A program made the translations under genes and the position numbers. From a virus (lineage: Duplodnaviria > Caudoviricetes), in IMG/VR virus record IMGVR_UViG_3300032125_000014, positions 1-36,809 of that record: 36,809 nucleotides of DNA; one strand, 5' to 3'. The notes below the pieces were generated by a model that saw only the letters and a program-made list of their open reading frames with translations, made no database searches and had not been told where the DNA came from. This document shows, piece by piece, positions 35,425-36,809 of the stretch (within the stretch, counting starts at the first letter, position 1; each line of letters starts with the position of its first letter).

Positions 35425-35873
35425 TTAACAACGTAGTGTTGGTAGGAAGATTAACAAAGGATATTGATTTAAGATACACAGAATCAGGAACAGCAGTTGG
35501 AAACTTTACCTTAGCTGTAAATAGGCAATTTACGAACCAACAAGGAGAACGTGAAGCGGACTTTATCAATTGTGTAGCATGGAGAAAGACAGCAGAAATT
35601 ATAGCTAATTATACTGCTAAAGGTTCAATGATTGGAATACAAGGGAACATCCAAACTAGAAGTTACGATAATAACGAGGGTAAAAGAGTATACGTTACCG
35701 AAGTTGTTGCTCAATCTGTTTCTTTATTAGATAGCAAGAAAACGAATGAAGGTAATCAACAGAATAGCAATAAGGCAAGTAACTCAACCAACACTCCTAG
35801 TAATATTGGTAAAGACCCATTTGACAAGAGCAGTCAACCGATAGATATTTCAGATGATGATTTGCCATTCTAA
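35421..35873 (+). CDS. ssb: Single-stranded DNA-binding protein
   Basis: [23 protein letters not shown] and the acidic DDDLPF tail. Confidence 0.97.
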   Translation: MINNVVLVGRLTKDIDLRYTESGTAVGNFTLAVNRQFTNQQGEREADFINCVAWRKTAEIIANYTAKGSMIGIQGNIQTRSYDNNEGKRVYVTEVVAQSVSLLDSKKTNEGNQQNSNKASNSTNTPSNIGKDPFDKSSQPIDISDDDLPF

Positions 35874-35884
35874 GGAGGTAGCGC

Positions 35885-36040
35885 ATGAAGAAGATTAACG
35901 ACAATATAGGCTATACAATTGGAACGGTATTAACGACAGTAGTTTTATTTATTATCAGTTTAGGAATAGTTGCTGCAATAGGTATTGGAGTATTAAAGAT
36001 ATGGCTCTACTTTTTCGGTTTAATCCAAGTAGTATTTTAG
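35885..36040 (+). CDS. 51-aa hydrophobic membrane protein (not in ORF track)
   Basis: AAGGAGGT RBS; long hydrophobic stretch. Confidence 0.7.
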   Translation: MKKINDNIGYTIGTVLTTVVLFIISLGIVAAIGIGVLKIWLYFFGLIQVVF

Positions 36041-36051
36041 GCGGTGTTTAA

Positions 36052-36243
36052 GTGGATTTCAAACAAATTAAACTAGAAGAAGTGGCGACATTACAGGGTT
36101 TGTGTGGTACAATAGTAGTAACGAATGGCATGCTATATTATAAAGAACTACCAGATTTTGGCAGTACGATATTAAATCTAACAAGCCATGAAGGCAAGGT
36201 AACCATTATCGAAGAAAGCGTTAGCAAGAAAACTAAATTATAG
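36052..36243 (+). CDS. XtrA/YqaO-like small protein
   Basis: IVVTNG....ELPDFG......HEGKVT.IE pattern; position before an Xpf-like gene as in PBSX (xtrA-xpf-terminase). Confidence 0.7.
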   Translation: MDFKQIKLEEVATLQGLCGTIVVTNGMLYYKELPDFGSTILNLTSHEGKVTIIEESVSKKTKL

Positions 36244-36319
36244 ACTGACTGGAAAACCAGAGGTCACGAATATACTACTCAATACGAGTTTTATATTTGT
36301 GGCCTCTTTCTGTTTTTTT
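36243..36319 (+). promoter_or_regulatory. Overlapping antiterminator hairpin and intrinsic terminator (attenuator-like)
   Basis: GAC-tga-CTGG-aaaa-CCAG-ag-GTC overlaps the terminator stem 36259-36274/36292-36307, which is followed by a T tract. Confidence 0.75.
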
Positions 36320-36334
36320 AGAAGGAGGGAAGCT

Positions 36335-36809
36335 ATGAAGTACACTTATCAATTTGCTACTGACTATAGAGGTGAATTAAGACAGCTTAGAAGGCAACGT
36401 GACAAACTAATAAGGGACAAGGCATTAATCAAAGAACTATTGAATAACGCTAATGGAATAGAGCTAGAACTAGAGCTATCGAAGATTGAAGCAGATATAA
36501 AAATAGTCGGTGGCATGATCAGCAGTACAGAATACGCTTTGTTCTGGATAGAGAGTGGATTTGAGCAAGGAGCCTATGAGAAGAGACCTATAACGAATGC
36601 TAACAAGCAAGTGAGAACGCAATTATGGGGTGAGGTAGAAAACGCACCATTCCTGCAGCAAGAAGAAAGTGGCGATCCGTTATCAGAAGAAGAGCAGGCA
36701 TTATTAGAAGAAGTCCTAAATACTTTACCAGAGATAGAACGTTCAGTTTACATATCTATTTATGGCAAAGGCAACACTCAAGAGCAGACTGCAGAGTTTA
36801 TTGGCATAC
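36335..36809 (+). CDS. 5' part of Xpf-like late activator (187 aa across the junction)
   Basis: AAGGAGG RBS, ATG 36335; MISSTEYALFWIESG motif; in frame with position 1 via the overlap. Confidence 0.85.
   Translation, partial: MKYTYQFATDYRGELRQLRRQRDKLIRDKALIKELLNNANGIELELELSKIEADIKIVGGMISSTEYALFWIESGFEQGAYEKRPITNANKQVRTQLWGEVENAPFLQQEESGDPLSEEEQALLEEVLNTLPEIERSVYISIYGKGNTQEQTAEFIGI
36683..36809. repeat. Terminal direct repeat, right copy
   Basis: Identical to 1-127. Confidence 0.97.

Overview
The window is an apparently complete, circular (excised or virion-form) temperate siphovirus genome of a low-GC Firmicute. Positions 1-127 repeat exactly at 36683-36809, giving a unit length of about 36,682 bp. 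Head and tail genes are of the Listeria A118/SPP1 type; a Carnobacterium/Enterococcus/Listeria-like host is inference only. Gene order: terS-terL-portal-minor head-scaffold-capsid-neck-tail-TMP-Dit-Tal-beta-helix RBP; a repeat-bounded accessory cassette; a lysis cassette with three membrane genes and an amidase; intact attP (3' half of tRNA-Ala GGC); tyrosine integrase; cI/cro switch with five GATAC-N5-GTATC operators; early and replication genes; and an Xpf-like late activator spanning the junction. Most notable: (1) a 65-aa early protein copying the N-terminus of the phage's own tape measure protein, convergent with an independently promoted Cas2/VapD-like gene (candidate prophage defence plus decoy system); (2) an overlapping antiterminator/terminator RNA between an XtrA-like gene and the late activator; (3) a Dit insert homologous to an internal endolysin domain; (4) a recurring TGCGAAyTAG site bounding the variable RBP end and the moron, which holds a candidate kissing-loop sRNA. 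All family names come from motif recognition, not database searches.
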